Source of the DNA: a virus
Direction: 5' to 3' (one strand)
Length of the DNA: 64,000 nt
Virus record (IMG/VR): IMGVR_UViG_3300029928_000198
In this document: positions 27,588 to 37,387 of the stretch, piece by piece
Numbering within the stretch: position 1 is the stretch's first letter
Layout: each line of letters opens with the position of its first letter
The notes under the pieces: generated by a model
What the model was told of the DNA's origin: nothing
The model's database searches: none
The model's input: the letters and a program-made list of their open reading frames with translations, nothing else
Position numbers and translations under genes: made by a program

Positions 27588-29510
27588 TCACAGCCAGCCG
27601 AACGGCTTCAGATCGCTCCAAGTGAAGGTTCCCAGTATCAGCGACGATACGGCTTGAGGGATGATTATTCCGATCAAGAGAACAATCACGCCAGCAGATA
27701 ACAAAATGGAGGCCCCAGTAATTCTTCCTAGGAGGATGAGGATTATTCCGGCCTCTATGAGGATGATGGCCCAGAGATAAGACGCATTGAATACCTTCGG
27801 CATTTGAGGGGGCGTCGGATCATCATCCTCGGTCCCATCGTGCATCTTTATCGTCTGACGAGTGATGTCAATCGATTGGACTTCTTTTCCATCGGAAATC
27901 ATTTTCTTCAGTTCCAAGGAATAGTTCGCATCCAGTGGATAGTGCTTAGCAGCTGCGGTCATGGAACCATCCCAATCAGAAAATGAATCCACAGAATCCC
28001 ATATCACAATCGATCCCTTTCCACTGACATTATTGGTACCGATTTCCAGATGCTGATCCGTCGTGTAAAGATAGGGCGTGAAGACAGCATTCTCTATCCA
28101 TAGATTTCCGTTCAGATACAGGTCTCCATAACATATCAGCCCCTGCCCCTCTTCGTTGTAATTAAACTGGATGTTCTCAAGATCAGATTGATTGTTGACA
28201 TAGTAGTCTTTGAGCTGAGCCATCATGTTGATTGTCTGATTCACCTTCTCCACTGTTGACAATGTCTGACCAATCTTATTCACAGGAAGAGCTGAAGGAT
28301 GAACGTATGGAGATGATTCCTCTACCTCATCGAATATATTCCATGTTGCTTTCCCAGTACTGTAGGTATTGTCAGCGATTCTGTTGAATGACTGAACCAT
28401 GTCATCCCAGAAATATGTCAGATTATGAGCTTCTGACAACAGAGCAATCTTTTTCGTCTGAGATCCAGCAGTAACCACTACATCCAGCGAATTGCTTGTC
28501 CATTCCTTACCATCTGATGATTCTATACGAACCGAAGAATTGGATTCCGAAGATACTATATAAAAATCAGAATCTTTTTTCAGGACTAGCACTCCGTTTA
28601 CATGCTCAGACGAATCGCCTATCACCGAAATGATGGGTCCAACGTATGATGCTCCTGCTGGTAATTTGTAAATGCCCTTGGGCAATGAGGAAACATTATT
28701 TTCACCCACATTCAAGGTAAAATTAGCACCAGTGTCCATATTTTGTATCGTCTTCGATGCAGAGGTATCGCAGAGATAGATGACTTTCGAAATGGAAGAG
28801 TAATTGTCTCCCTCATTGGAGGGGTCAATATACACTAGAACATCACGGGTTGCAGTAATCTTTTGAGCCAATGCAAAAGCCAACATATCTGTTGAACTTC
28901 CATTTGTTGCCGTGATTGTCTTTCCATTCCATTCGTACGACATCGACAATTTGTCCGCATAACTCAGGTCAGAATCCCAATAATTGGATTGCTCCAAAAC
29001 ATGGGACATTGCATAGCCTAGAGCATTTGCCCATGTTGTCAGATAATTGTTCTCTGCTGCAAGGAAACCTGTTCCAGCCAGCATCTCCTTACAGTATTCG
29101 TCATACTTGCCGATATTCTCCTTGGTCCACATATCGTAGACCTGATACTCCATAGCCTGATCCCAATAGTTCTGGGTGAAGAATATCATGTCCGCATCGG
29201 AAGGCATTACTGTACATGCCAAGTTCATGATGGAGTTGGTGGCTAGCTCAACCTTGCTTATCTCCGCTTCTGCTAAAGCCTGTTTCAAACTGTCAACCAT
29301 TACAGCACTATCATCATCCGACGGAGCATCTATCACATAATGCGTGAACAGCGCACCTATGGCAAAACCGAGAGCCAATCCGACGATGAAGCCTCCCATG
29401 GGGGTCACGCCTTCGGACTCGTCGTCCTCGTCCAGAACCACCACGGGCGCGAATGCCATGGCCAGCACCAGCATTGAGCAGGCGATGGCCGCAATCTGCG
29501 TCTTCCTCAT
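27588..29510 (-). CDS. 640-aa secreted membrane-anchored protein with a spike/fusogen-like layout
   Basis: Signal peptide, then hydrophobic GGFIVGLALGFAIGALF, helical region, beta-rich region and C-terminal TM helices; start re-called to MRKTQ (ATGA overlap at 29507-29510). Confidence 0.8.
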   Translation of the reverse strand: MRKTQIAAIACSMLVLAMAFAPVVVLDEDDESEGVTPMGGFIVGLALGFAIGALFTHYVIDAPSDDDSAVMVDSLKQALAEAEISKVELATNSIMNLACTVMPSDADMIFFTQNYWDQAMEYQVYDMWTKENIGKYDEYCKEMLAGTGFLAAENNYLTTWANALGYAMSHVLEQSNYWDSDLSYADKLSMSYEWNGKTITATNGSSTDMLAFALAQKITATRDVLVYIDPSNEGDNYSSISKVIYLCDTSASKTIQNMDTGANFTLNVGENNVSSLPKGIYKLPAGASYVGPIISVIGDSSEHVNGVLVLKKDSDFYIVSSESNSSVRIESSDGKEWTSNSLDVVVTAGSQTKKIALLSEAHNLTYFWDDMVQSFNRIADNTYSTGKATWNIFDEVEESSPYVHPSALPVNKIGQTLSTVEKVNQTINMMAQLKDYYVNNQSDLENIQFNYNEEGQGLICYGDLYLNGNLWIENAVFTPYLYTTDQHLEIGTNNVSGKGSIVIWDSVDSFSDWDGSMTAAAKHYPLDANYSLELKKMISDGKEVQSIDITRQTIKMHDGTEDDDPTPPQMPKVFNASYLWAIILIEAGIILILLGRITGASILLSAGVIVLLIGIIIPQAVSSLILGTFTWSDLKPFGWL

Positions 29511-32500
29511 AGCACGTACCTCCTTATCAGGATAAGAGCGGCGATTCCGATGAGCAGCGCGCACGCCGCGTACCTTATGACATCGTTGGAATCCTCGGAT
29601 TCCTCCGGAACCCATACCGCGTACAGATCGAGCTTGCCCTCGGGCGAAACCTCGTCGCCGGCCTTGTAGGTGGTTCCCTTGAGGTCGGGGGACGTGTTCC
29701 AATACTTGCAGGTCATGCCCTCCCTGACGAACTTGCACTCTTGGATGGTGTACTTCTTGGAACCCGTCTGGGCATCCATCGTCCCCTGACCGCCGTTGGC
29801 GTGATAGACGATGGAGGGTCCTTCGGACGAGGACAGATCGACGTTCACGGTGAACTCCCTCTGAGAAGGAGTCCCGTCGGTGGAGGTCCATGTCCAGACC
29901 ATCGAAACCGAATACTTGCCCTTCGAGGAGTACTCGTGAGTGAACTCGGCCGATGCGGCGTCCCTGCTGAGGTTGCTGCCGTCGCCCCAATCTACCATCA
30001 GGCGCATGGACGACTTGTTGGGTACGATGTCCGTAAGCGTGACCACAAGCCCGTTCGCCTTGTATTTGGCGGATGCCTCGATCTTCACGTCGTCCGGGTC
30101 TGACTGGGCGTAGACGGTGGCCTTCCACGTCTCCACGGGGGTGGAGCCGTTGCTAAGGAGGAACGTGACCTCCTTCCCGACGAGTCCGATCTCGTTGCAG
30201 GTTCCGGTGACGACGTAGATGTACGTCTTGTCGTCCGTAAGGGTGCTCTTGTTCAGCTTGAAGCAGTCCAGAGTCCTTCCGTCGCATGTCGCCTTCAGCG
30301 TCAGGTTGCTGTATAAGGATTTGATGGCCTTGGACTGATACATGGAGCCGATGTTGATGATGTCCGAGGCATCGACCGAGGGTTCGTCCAGAGTCTCCAG
30401 AATCACGAATGCCTCGGCGGTTCCGACATTGTTCTTGGCCGTGCACTTGACGGTGTATGCGCCGATGACCTTGAAGGTGTGAACCACCTCCACTTTGGTT
30501 GTCGGCTCCGTCTCCCCGTCTCCGAAATCCCATATCAGGGTATCGTAGTTCGCTACTCCGAAGGCGGAGAAGTAGTAGGTGTTGGGTTCGGCGGGGTTGT
30601 CGTCGGATGCCCCCGCATATCTGGTCGCCTTGATGGAAGAGATGGTGGGCTTCTCCTTGTACTCCCCGGGTGGTTCTGCGCGGAGCGTTATTGTCTTGAT
30701 TGCAGAGGATGTAATGGTTGAATCGACAACCAGATCTATCGTGTATATCCCCTCCTCCTTGCAGACTATGTAGAATCCCTTGTTGCCCGACTTTCCGGCA
30801 TCGTACTGGTTCGGCTTGGCGGTCTCATTGTTGAACTTGACCGTGTAGGACACGATGTACGCATCGTTGGGCCTCAGAGTGAGATTGACAGTCCACTTCT
30901 CGCCGATGATGGCTTTCGCATCTATGGGTTCAAGCACCACCGTGGACATCTCGATGATGAAATCCTGCGTTGCGGAATTGTAGCCGTTCTTCGTGACCTT
31001 TATCTGGACAGTGTAGGTCGCCGGGATCAGGTCTTTCAATGTTCCATTGATATTGTTCCCGATTCCACGGAGGCATTCCGTCGGGTCTTTGACTATCTCG
31101 ACCTTGAAGTCGGTAATATTCTCAAGAGTGATCGAATCCCTGACATACGGCGTGTAGTTTATCGTCAGACCGTTCACAGCAGCGCGCCACGTGTATTCTG
31201 GATCCAACACCAGCGACGGAACGTCCCAATGCGCGTAGAGCGTGATGTCTCCGCTGGGGGCGTATTCGGCTCCTGCGCTGCCGATGAAGTTTCCGCCTTC
31301 CTTGGCGTCGTACCATCCGGAGAACTTGGAGCTGTCCTTGATTGCAACAGGCAAACGGATGGTGCCAGTGGTAGTCTCCGTCTTGGTGCTCTGACCGTCT
31401 ACCGAACCTCCGTTGGCGTCGAAGGTGATAGTGGATTCCCTGACGAGGGTGAGGGTTCCGCTATCTGTACCATATGCGCCATAACTGTCCACCCACTGCA
31501 ATTCCGTTTCTCCCGCCTTGGGAATCAGAACGTAGTTGTGGTCGGTGGTCTTGCCGGCAATCGTACCAACACCATCGGGCATGTTTACCAGATAGGTTTC
31601 TATGTTCGGGTTGCCAGTGATGAAGCGACCTTTCAGAATCAACAGATTCACGTCAGAGTCCAGACTCAATGACTCGTTTCCATTGATGTGATCCTTCAGC
31701 TCTATTGTTTTGACGTTGATGTCGGCATCGGATACCGAGATGGTTTTGGATGCAGACACGTTGGAGCCGTCCTTGGATTTGGCGGTGATTTCTATATCTC
31801 CTTCCGATACACCGATGATTACAAGATCCCCGTTCCCATCGACATAATATCCGCCATGACCTTGGCTGGAGATGGTCCAAGAAACTTCTTTGAAAGCAGC
31901 ATCTGATGGCGTCACATCCGCATGAACAGTAATCGTGGAACCCATCTTCACGGAATCTTCGCTGCGTATCGATATGCTTGATGCGAATTTTCCGCCATCC
32001 GTGCAAATCAGAGTGCCTGTCTTCTCGGTAACAACCTTTGTTGATTTGTTGTTGTACTGGATCTTAGCCGTTACCACTCCGGCCTTGTTCAGTTTCCCCG
32101 AGATGCTTCCATCATCGGTAATCGAAAGGCCGAAGCCTTCGGTGACGGATAGAGCGGTAATTTCCACACTGAGCATCGATGTGCTTTCAAAATTCACTTG
32201 AGAACCAGGTTTCACAAAAAATGTCTGATATGCCAAATTGCTTAATTGGGCATCTACGCTTGAAACAGGGTCTTCAATCGTACCGTAATTCACCTTCCCA
32301 TAGATCGGAAGATCGGATCCATAAATCGTCGTAGAGACCAGATTTACTGTCTTACCATCCAGAGTTATCGTGGAATTCGAGTGCAGATTGCCGTATATCG
32401 ACGAATCCTCGGGACTGACGGCGAAATCCGTTCCGCCAGCGAAGGCGATGCCGTTCATCGACTTCCCCTCGAACGTTATCAGGACCTCCCCGCCAGCCAC

Positions 32501-32713
32501 GACGTAGTAGTCCGCCCCGTCCGTCAGCTCGGACCAGTCGGCGTACAGGCCCCCGTAGGGTTCCGTACCCGATCCGTACGACGCGGCGTCGGAGTCGCAG
32601 TCCCCCGAGCCGACCAGAAGGAACGCAGATGCCAGCACGAAGGCGAACAGAGCCATCGCCGGGATCGCGACCCTCGGATGCGGATCGGAAGGACGTTTTC
32701 TTTCTCTTTCCAT
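29507..32713 (-). CDS. Adhesin-like surface protein (Ig-like, InlB B-repeat, two PKD, TM anchor)
   Basis: FDANGG...FSGWY...LYAHW; WDFGDG; VDWGDG; C-terminal TM; start re-called to MERERK. Confidence 0.88.
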   Translation of the reverse strand: MERERKRPSDPHPRVAIPAMALFAFVLASAFLLVGSGDCDSDAASYGSGTEPYGGLYADWSELTDGADYYVVAGGEVLITFEGKSMNGIAFAGGTDFAVSPEDSSIYGNLHSNSTITLDGKTVNLVSTTIYGSDLPIYGKVNYGTIEDPVSSVDAQLSNLAYQTFFVKPGSQVNFESTSMLSVEITALSVTEGFGLSITDDGSISGKLNKAGVVTAKIQYNNKSTKVVTEKTGTLICTDGGKFASSISIRSEDSVKMGSTITVHADVTPSDAAFKEVSWTISSQGHGGYYVDGNGDLVIIGVSEGDIEITAKSKDGSNVSASKTISVSDADINVKTIELKDHINGNESLSLDSDVNLLILKGRFITGNPNIETYLVNMPDGVGTIAGKTTDHNYVLIPKAGETELQWVDSYGAYGTDSGTLTLVRESTITFDANGGSVDGQSTKTETTTGTIRLPVAIKDSSKFSGWYDAKEGGNFIGSAGAEYAPSGDITLYAHWDVPSLVLDPEYTWRAAVNGLTINYTPYVRDSITLENITDFKVEIVKDPTECLRGIGNNINGTLKDLIPATYTVQIKVTKNGYNSATQDFIIEMSTVVLEPIDAKAIIGEKWTVNLTLRPNDAYIVSYTVKFNNETAKPNQYDAGKSGNKGFYIVCKEEGIYTIDLVVDSTITSSAIKTITLRAEPPGEYKEKPTISSIKATRYAGASDDNPAEPNTYYFSAFGVANYDTLIWDFGDGETEPTTKVEVVHTFKVIGAYTVKCTAKNNVGTAEAFVILETLDEPSVDASDIINIGSMYQSKAIKSLYSNLTLKATCDGRTLDCFKLNKSTLTDDKTYIYVVTGTCNEIGLVGKEVTFLLSNGSTPVETWKATVYAQSDPDDVKIEASAKYKANGLVVTLTDIVPNKSSMRLMVDWGDGSNLSRDAASAEFTHEYSSKGKYSVSMVWTWTSTDGTPSQREFTVNVDLSSSEGPSIVYHANGGQGTMDAQTGSKKYTIQECKFVREGMTCKYWNTSPDLKGTTYKAGDEVSPEGKLDLYAVWVPEESEDSNDVIRYAACALLIGIAALILIRRYVL

Positions 32714-32880
32714 TTTCTTTCCTCCGAATCGGGGCGGCGGAGCCTGATTCGGAGATTCGATTGGACTCCGCACCCCGTTCATCCGCCGATGATAGGTGGG
32801 CGGACGGTCGGGTAAATCGCATCAGGAACGACTTAATGGGGTCAAAATCTTGGAATCCGCCTGATATTCGGAAGAGGAAC

Positions 32881-32905
32881 ACAAGGAATCGAAATCCTTT
32901 AAATA
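32881..32905. promoter_or_regulatory. Conserved 25-bp box, copy 3 (ACAAGGAATCGAAATCCTTTAAATA)
   Basis: See copies at 7621, 20052 and 63007. Confidence 0.65.
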
Positions 32906-32919
32906 ATCCAAGACCGCCG

Positions 32920-33492
32920 ATGCGACTGGTATTTGATGCGACAGCCGTTCGTGCGGCCATGGGGAAGCTGAAGGCTCTGGATGCCGCCGACTTCATCGCG
33001 GAAGCTTGCATCCTTTCGGGGAAATCCGCCACACATCGGAGATTGCAGAACCTTCTATACCGCGCGTGGATCGGATACTATGAGGAGCATGGCGGAAGCC
33101 TGTTCGAGGAGGAGTTCCGCGCGGAAGCTACAGGCCCCCGTCTGGAAAGCGTCCGCAGAAGGTACGCGGCATTCGCCGGCGTGGAGGTCTTCTTCGTCCG
33201 GAAGCGCGAAGACCGCAAGCTCCCCGGCCGTGTGGAAGCGGCGTTCCTGAAGGATCTGGTCGATTCGCTGAAGGACACGTCCACATGTGAGCTTCATAGG
33301 ATGAACACGTCTTGCGGCGGGGCTTGGTCGCGCATATACGGAAGGGACGGCTCCGGGAACGGCGATTCCATCCCGTACGCGGAGGTCGTCCTGACGGAGT
33401 GCGTGCGGCTCCGACGATTGGGCGGACGGTCGGGAACCTATTATATCGCTGAGACAAATCATAAGAGTCGATGTCAGCAGCGGAAAGCATAA
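32920..33492 (+). CDS. Panacea/SocA (DUF4065)-like antitoxin domain protein
   Basis: RLQNLLYRAWIGYYEEHGGSLFEEEFRAEATGPRLESV resembles KLQKLLY...LF.E.F.AW..GPV. Confidence 0.7.
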   Translation: MRLVFDATAVRAAMGKLKALDAADFIAEACILSGKSATHRRLQNLLYRAWIGYYEEHGGSLFEEEFRAEATGPRLESVRRRYAAFAGVEVFFVRKREDRKLPGRVEAAFLKDLVDSLKDTSTCELHRMNTSCGGAWSRIYGRDGSGNGDSIPYAEVVLTECVRLRRLGGRSGTYYIAETNHKSRCQQRKA

Positions 33493-33794
33493 GAGGCTAC
33501 TGCGTCGAATGGTTCTCCGAAGCCCACGGCATCACCACCGAAGAGACCGAGGAACTTTTCGCCAGATGCGATCTCAACGACTATATCAGACGGGACTTCC
33601 TCGTATTCGGCCACAAGGGAAGGAACACAAGCATCAGGGTTTGCAGGAACCATCTCAAGCGCAACGGCATAGACGTTCCCGATCTGATCGAGGATGTTTC
33701 GGACCCCGTTTACGAAAGGCTGAAGAAGGTCGCATCCGGATTCCGATCGGACCCTCTTCTTCCTTCCTGCATATTTTCCCGATCATCTGCCTGA
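33471..33794 (+). CDS. DUF3791-like protein
   Basis: CVEWFSEAHGITTEETEELFARCDLNDYI pattern. Confidence 0.5.
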   Translation: MSAAESIRGYCVEWFSEAHGITTEETEELFARCDLNDYIRRDFLVFGHKGRNTSIRVCRNHLKRNGIDVPDLIEDVSDPVYERLKKVASGFRSDPLLPSCIFSRSSA

Positions 33795-33866
33795 AAAAGG
33801 CCTGCGGACTGTTATAATTAGAGCGATTGCGATTACATCCCTAGCCTCAGGCTAGGAGAACGAACG

Positions 33867-34241
33867 ATGACGAACACCACCGCATCTTACGGAAGATCGG
33901 CCAGCAACGCCGAGCTGAAAGCGAAGAAGGTCGGTCTTTCTTGGATGATAGCCCGCTTCGTGGAGGATTACGACCCATACGGATTCATCAACGAGGTTGT
34001 GGACTGCGACATAGATGGGGATGAGCGCGAAGAGGTGGAGCAGGGCATCGCCAAGTACGCGGCGGAAATGCTCCAGCTGATGAACCGGCGCGAATACGAC
34101 TATCTCGAAGAGATCCTGCACGAGTTCGACGATGAAGACAACGATCCCAGAACAGCGGATAATCTCAGGCATATACTTGCCGAACTCGAAGAGATCAGGA
34201 TGCTGGACGAAGAGGGTAGAACCCTTTATGCCGACCCCTGA
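33867..34241 (+). CDS. Acidic helical hypothetical protein
   Basis: 124 aa, AGGAG RBS. Confidence 0.75.
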   Translation: MTNTTASYGRSASNAELKAKKVGLSWMIARFVEDYDPYGFINEVVDCDIDGDEREEVEQGIAKYAAEMLQLMNRREYDYLEEILHEFDDEDNDPRTADNLRHILAELEEIRMLDEEGRTLYADP

Positions 34242-34449
34242 TACCGTAAAGAGCGATTGCATCGCATTCTTCTCGGATGCCTATGCCGTACCCCGTAACG
34301 AGATGAAAGGACTATTCGACAGGACGGGGCTTTCATCCCTCATAGAAAGCTGCTATCTCGTCGTGATAAGGTATTCGCGCAAGGAATACGACGGAAGAGA
34401 ATCGAACTACATTTCTGTACAGACCGCGTGCGGACATAGGGATTGTTGA
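34228..34449 (+). CDS. DUF3791-like small protein
   Basis: CIAFFSDAYAVPRNEMKGLFDRTGLSSLIESCY; overlaps upstream stop. Confidence 0.45.
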   Translation: MPTPDTVKSDCIAFFSDAYAVPRNEMKGLFDRTGLSSLIESCYLVVIRYSRKEYDGRESNYISVQTACGHRDC

Positions 34450-35146
34450 AATATCCGCATGCGGTCCCCGTCTTGCCGGACCTCGAAAGCATCCCCGACG
34501 GGTCTTTCTTGTCATGGGGTCTGGCTCGCCTGCGCCTTCTTATGACGACCTCGACGTCGTCGCCCACGGACAATCCCAGCCTGTCGCAAATCTGGCTTAT
34601 CCTGAGGACCGCGCTGTTCCCCGACTTGGCTATCCTCAGCGTTCCCGACCATGCGCCCTCGTTGAACATCTCGGGGTCGGAGACCCATAGGCATGACTCC
34701 CACTCGTGGGAAACGGGGAAGTCGTCCCTTATCTCGCACGCCATGACCGTGCATGCGGAACGCTCGTCGTCGGCCATGGAATCCCAGATGCGCATCGCTT
34801 CCTCCACCGCGCCGTCGGGATCGTCCGTGTAGCCCGTCGGGGGCATCAGCTCCGATTCGGCGGAGAAGACGGCCACGGCGTACCTGCGGATGCGCCACTC
34901 GGAGTCCGAAGGTACGGCGCAATCCGGGCGGACGGGAACCGGCCATAGGCCCTCGGGGGAATCCGTTGGACATATCCCCGCATCGAGGGACCTCTTGATC
35001 TCCGCGATCCTCTTGGTATCGTCAACGGGTACGGTCTGGACCGAATGCCCTCCGTCGTCGGAGAACATTATCCGGAAAACCCTCATGCGGGGCATCCAGA
35101 GGACCTTCAGGCCGTCGAAGGTCCACTGCATCCTTCTGGAGGACAT
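34340..35146 (-). CDS. Hypothetical protein with AbrB/SpoVT-like C-terminal domain
   Basis: RIAKSGNSAVLRI...LGLSVGDDVEVVI; AAGGAG RBS. Confidence 0.7.
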   Translation of the reverse strand: MSSRRMQWTFDGLKVLWMPRMRVFRIMFSDDGGHSVQTVPVDDTKRIAEIKRSLDAGICPTDSPEGLWPVPVRPDCAVPSDSEWRIRRYAVAVFSAESELMPPTGYTDDPDGAVEEAMRIWDSMADDERSACTVMACEIRDDFPVSHEWESCLWVSDPEMFNEGAWSGTLRIAKSGNSAVLRISQICDRLGLSVGDDVEVVIRRRRRARPHDKKDPSGMLSRSGKTGTACGYFNNPYVRTRSVQKCSSILFRRIPCANTLSRRDSSFL

Positions 35147-35162
35147 CGTCGCTCCTTGCGCC

Positions 35163-35456
35163 CTACAGGCGCGAATCCGTGGCGATAAGGGTCCGCATCG
35201 GGAACGGGCATCGGAGGTACAGCTCCTTCATGCATTCCAGCATCTCCTTCTCCTCGCGGTTCACCTTCGCCCAGTCGATCGGCTCGAATCTGGGGCATTG
35301 CCCCGCGTTCATCAGATCGATCTCGTCATCGGACATCGATTCCCATTCGGGACAGTCGAAATCGTCTATTCCCCCGTACCCCGAATCGACCTTGACCGTT
35401 CCGACGCATACCTTCGCGCAGTTCTCGCAGCACCTGTCCCCAATCATCCTTGCCAT
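35163..35456 (-). CDS. Cys-rich hypothetical protein
   Basis: CCENCAKVC...CP..CP; operon context. Confidence 0.7.
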   Translation of the reverse strand: MARMIGDRCCENCAKVCVGTVKVDSGYGGIDDFDCPEWESMSDDEIDLMNAGQCPRFEPIDWAKVNREEKEMLECMKELYLRCPFPMRTLIATDSRL

Positions 35457-35707
35457 CGGTCCTCACCCAGCTTGAAAATGTCGTCTACATCTTCGTAGAC
35501 ATTCACGAAATCGTTTCCGTGACAGCGGCCGCATCCCGAGCGCATGGCCGCGTCAATCGAACCCTCCTCGGGATACGTTGCTCCGCATCCGGTGCATACG
35601 ATGCCGCGGAACCTGCAAAGCCTCGATACGCTGCGGGCGGTCACGACCTCGTAGAGCCTTCCCTCGCGCATCACCGCGTATCTGCGCGGTTCGGTCGCCT
35701 TCATCAT
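35444..35707 (-). CDS. Zinc-ribbon protein
   Basis: CTGCG...CGRCHG; ATGA-coupled. Confidence 0.65.
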   Translation of the reverse strand: MMKATEPRRYAVMREGRLYEVVTARSVSRLCRFRGIVCTGCGATYPEEGSIDAAMRSGCGRCHGNDFVNVYEDVDDIFKLGEDRWQG

Positions 35708-36381
35708 CGGGCCTCCGTCGCGATCTCCTGAAGGACGGCGGATTCCGCCATTTCGGAGAAGACGGCCTTCAGCACCCATCCCTCCATCAGGGCATCGTCC
35801 AACGCCCTGTGCTTCTGTCCGCCGCGAAGCCCCATGGGGTCTTCGGGACAGAGCGCATCATAGGCGTCCTGACATCTCACCCATCTCCCGGGATCGGCAA
35901 GCTGCTGGGCCATGAGCCTTTCCTGTAGGCCCTTATCCGCTATGGAGCCTGACCTAGCCATCCTCATGGCCTTCTCGGTGGCCAGATCGATGATGTCGTA
36001 GGCGGACGCGGTTATCCAGCGGAGGCCCCAAGGCTCGTGGTAGAGGAATCTTCCGAAGTCGAATCCCGTGTTGTATGCGGTCACGGCCCTTCCGCGAACG
36101 ATGCTTCTGACCTCCTCGGCGACGGCTTCCAAGTCCTTCTCCGCGTTCAGGGTGTCCTCAACGGTCATATCGGTGTTCCGGTAGACCCATAGCCCCTTCG
36201 AGCCGTCGGGATTGAGGTACTTCGAATCGAACTCCGTGATGTCGTCGTAGCGGATGAGTTCGGAGTAGATCGGGGAAATCCTCCCCGACAGCTCGTCGAA
36301 CTCGGCTATCCCGACCTCCAGAACCCTGTCCATGGGGTATCCCTGCAAGCCGGACGTTTCCGTGTCGATTATCAGCACCAT
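35704..36381 (-). CDS. DEDDh (DnaQ-like) 3'-5' exonuclease
   Basis: ExoI IDTETSG, ExoII AYNTGFD, ExoIII HRALDDA. Confidence 0.9.
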   Translation of the reverse strand: MVLIIDTETSGLQGYPMDRVLEVGIAEFDELSGRISPIYSELIRYDDITEFDSKYLNPDGSKGLWVYRNTDMTVEDTLNAEKDLEAVAEEVRSIVRGRAVTAYNTGFDFGRFLYHEPWGLRWITASAYDIIDLATEKAMRMARSGSIADKGLQERLMAQQLADPGRWVRCQDAYDALCPEDPMGLRGGQKHRALDDALMEGWVLKAVFSEMAESAVLQEIATEAR

Positions 36382-36550
36382 GCAGTTCTCCTCCTTCCGC
36401 CTCATAGGTTGTATGCCCATGATATGTGAATGAATGTATTCCATTTATAACTAGTTATCGGCTCATTTAATATAATACTAAAATTCGGCATCCATCGATA
36501 CGGAAGACCGAAAACGCCGGGATCGATGATGGGAAGGAATGGGAACGGGC

Positions 36551-37387
36551 CTAAGGCCCGCAGTATGTGGAAACAGAATGCAATGAGAACGGCCGTCGGG
36601 ATACTTCCTGACGAACGAATGGGTCGAACGACTCCAAGGACGACTTGAGGGGCCTAGCCTCGGAAACCCTCTTCAGGGCCGTTGCATGGTACCCGGGATC
36701 GACCTCGAAGCCGATGTAGTGCACGCCCAGCTGGACGCACGCCACGGCGGTGGTCCCCGTACCTATGAACGGGTCCAGAACCGTGAACCGCCCCCCCCCG
36801 TCGGGGCCTATGTGGTTCCCTATAAGGGTGCGGACGATGTCCAGAGGCTTCACCGTGGGGTGGCCGTAGAGTTCGCGGTCCGCGCGGTTCACCCCCGTGG
36901 CCCACCACTTCTTCTTGGTGGCGTAGCTCCCGTACAGCGTGACCCCCTTCCCGCGTATGAAGACGATGTACTCGGTGTCGGACAGGTACTTGTTGGAGCA
37001 GGTGGGGACGGGGTTGGTCTTATGCCACGCAAGGATGTCCCATGTGCATCCGTGGGATTCGGCGAAGCGGATGTACTGCAGGATCTGCGACTTGCTGCAG
37101 AACGCATACATGACGATGCGCTTCATTTTCGATGCGATCTTCTCCAACAGGGCGTCTGAAAGGCCGTCGGACATTTTCCCGAGCTCGTCGAAGTAGCGGC
37201 GGTTGGCGTTTCCGAAGGCTCCCGCCCCTTGGGTCCCCATCTTGTAGGGCGGGTCCATGAGGACCATGTCCACGGAGCCGTCGGGGACGAGATCGAGGCC
37301 TTCGGAGCAATCCATGTTGAGGATGGAATCCATCATGCCCGCGTCGTTGCAGGCTTCGAGCAGTCTTTCCAGCTCCGCCTCGCTCAT
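36551..37387 (-). CDS. Site-specific N4/N6 DNA methyltransferase (beta class, orphan)
   Basis: DPPY, HPTVKP, VLDPFIGTGTT. Confidence 0.92.
   Translation of the reverse strand: MSEAELERLLEACNDAGMMDSILNMDCSEGLDLVPDGSVDMVLMDPPYKMGTQGAGAFGNANRRYFDELGKMSDGLSDALLEKIASKMKRIVMYAFCSKSQILQYIRFAESHGCTWDILAWHKTNPVPTCSNKYLSDTEYIVFIRGKGVTLYGSYATKKKWWATGVNRADRELYGHPTVKPLDIVRTLIGNHIGPDGGGRFTVLDPFIGTGTTAVACVQLGVHYIGFEVDPGYHATALKRVSEARPLKSSLESFDPFVRQEVSRRPFSLHSVSTYCGP

Noticed and set aside
29511-30128. N-terminal extension of the 846-aa track ORF
   Set aside because: It overlaps the adhesin gene out of frame; the real start is the ATGA-coupled MRKTQ signal peptide at 29510
35163-35165. TAG stop as a second readthrough site
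   Set aside because: It is followed immediately by an AAGGAG RBS and the next gene's ATG in another frame, so it behaves as a normal stop
36551-36553. TAG ending the orphan MTase as a readthrough site
   Set aside because: The MTase domain is already complete and the codon is followed by intergenic, AT-rich promoter sequence
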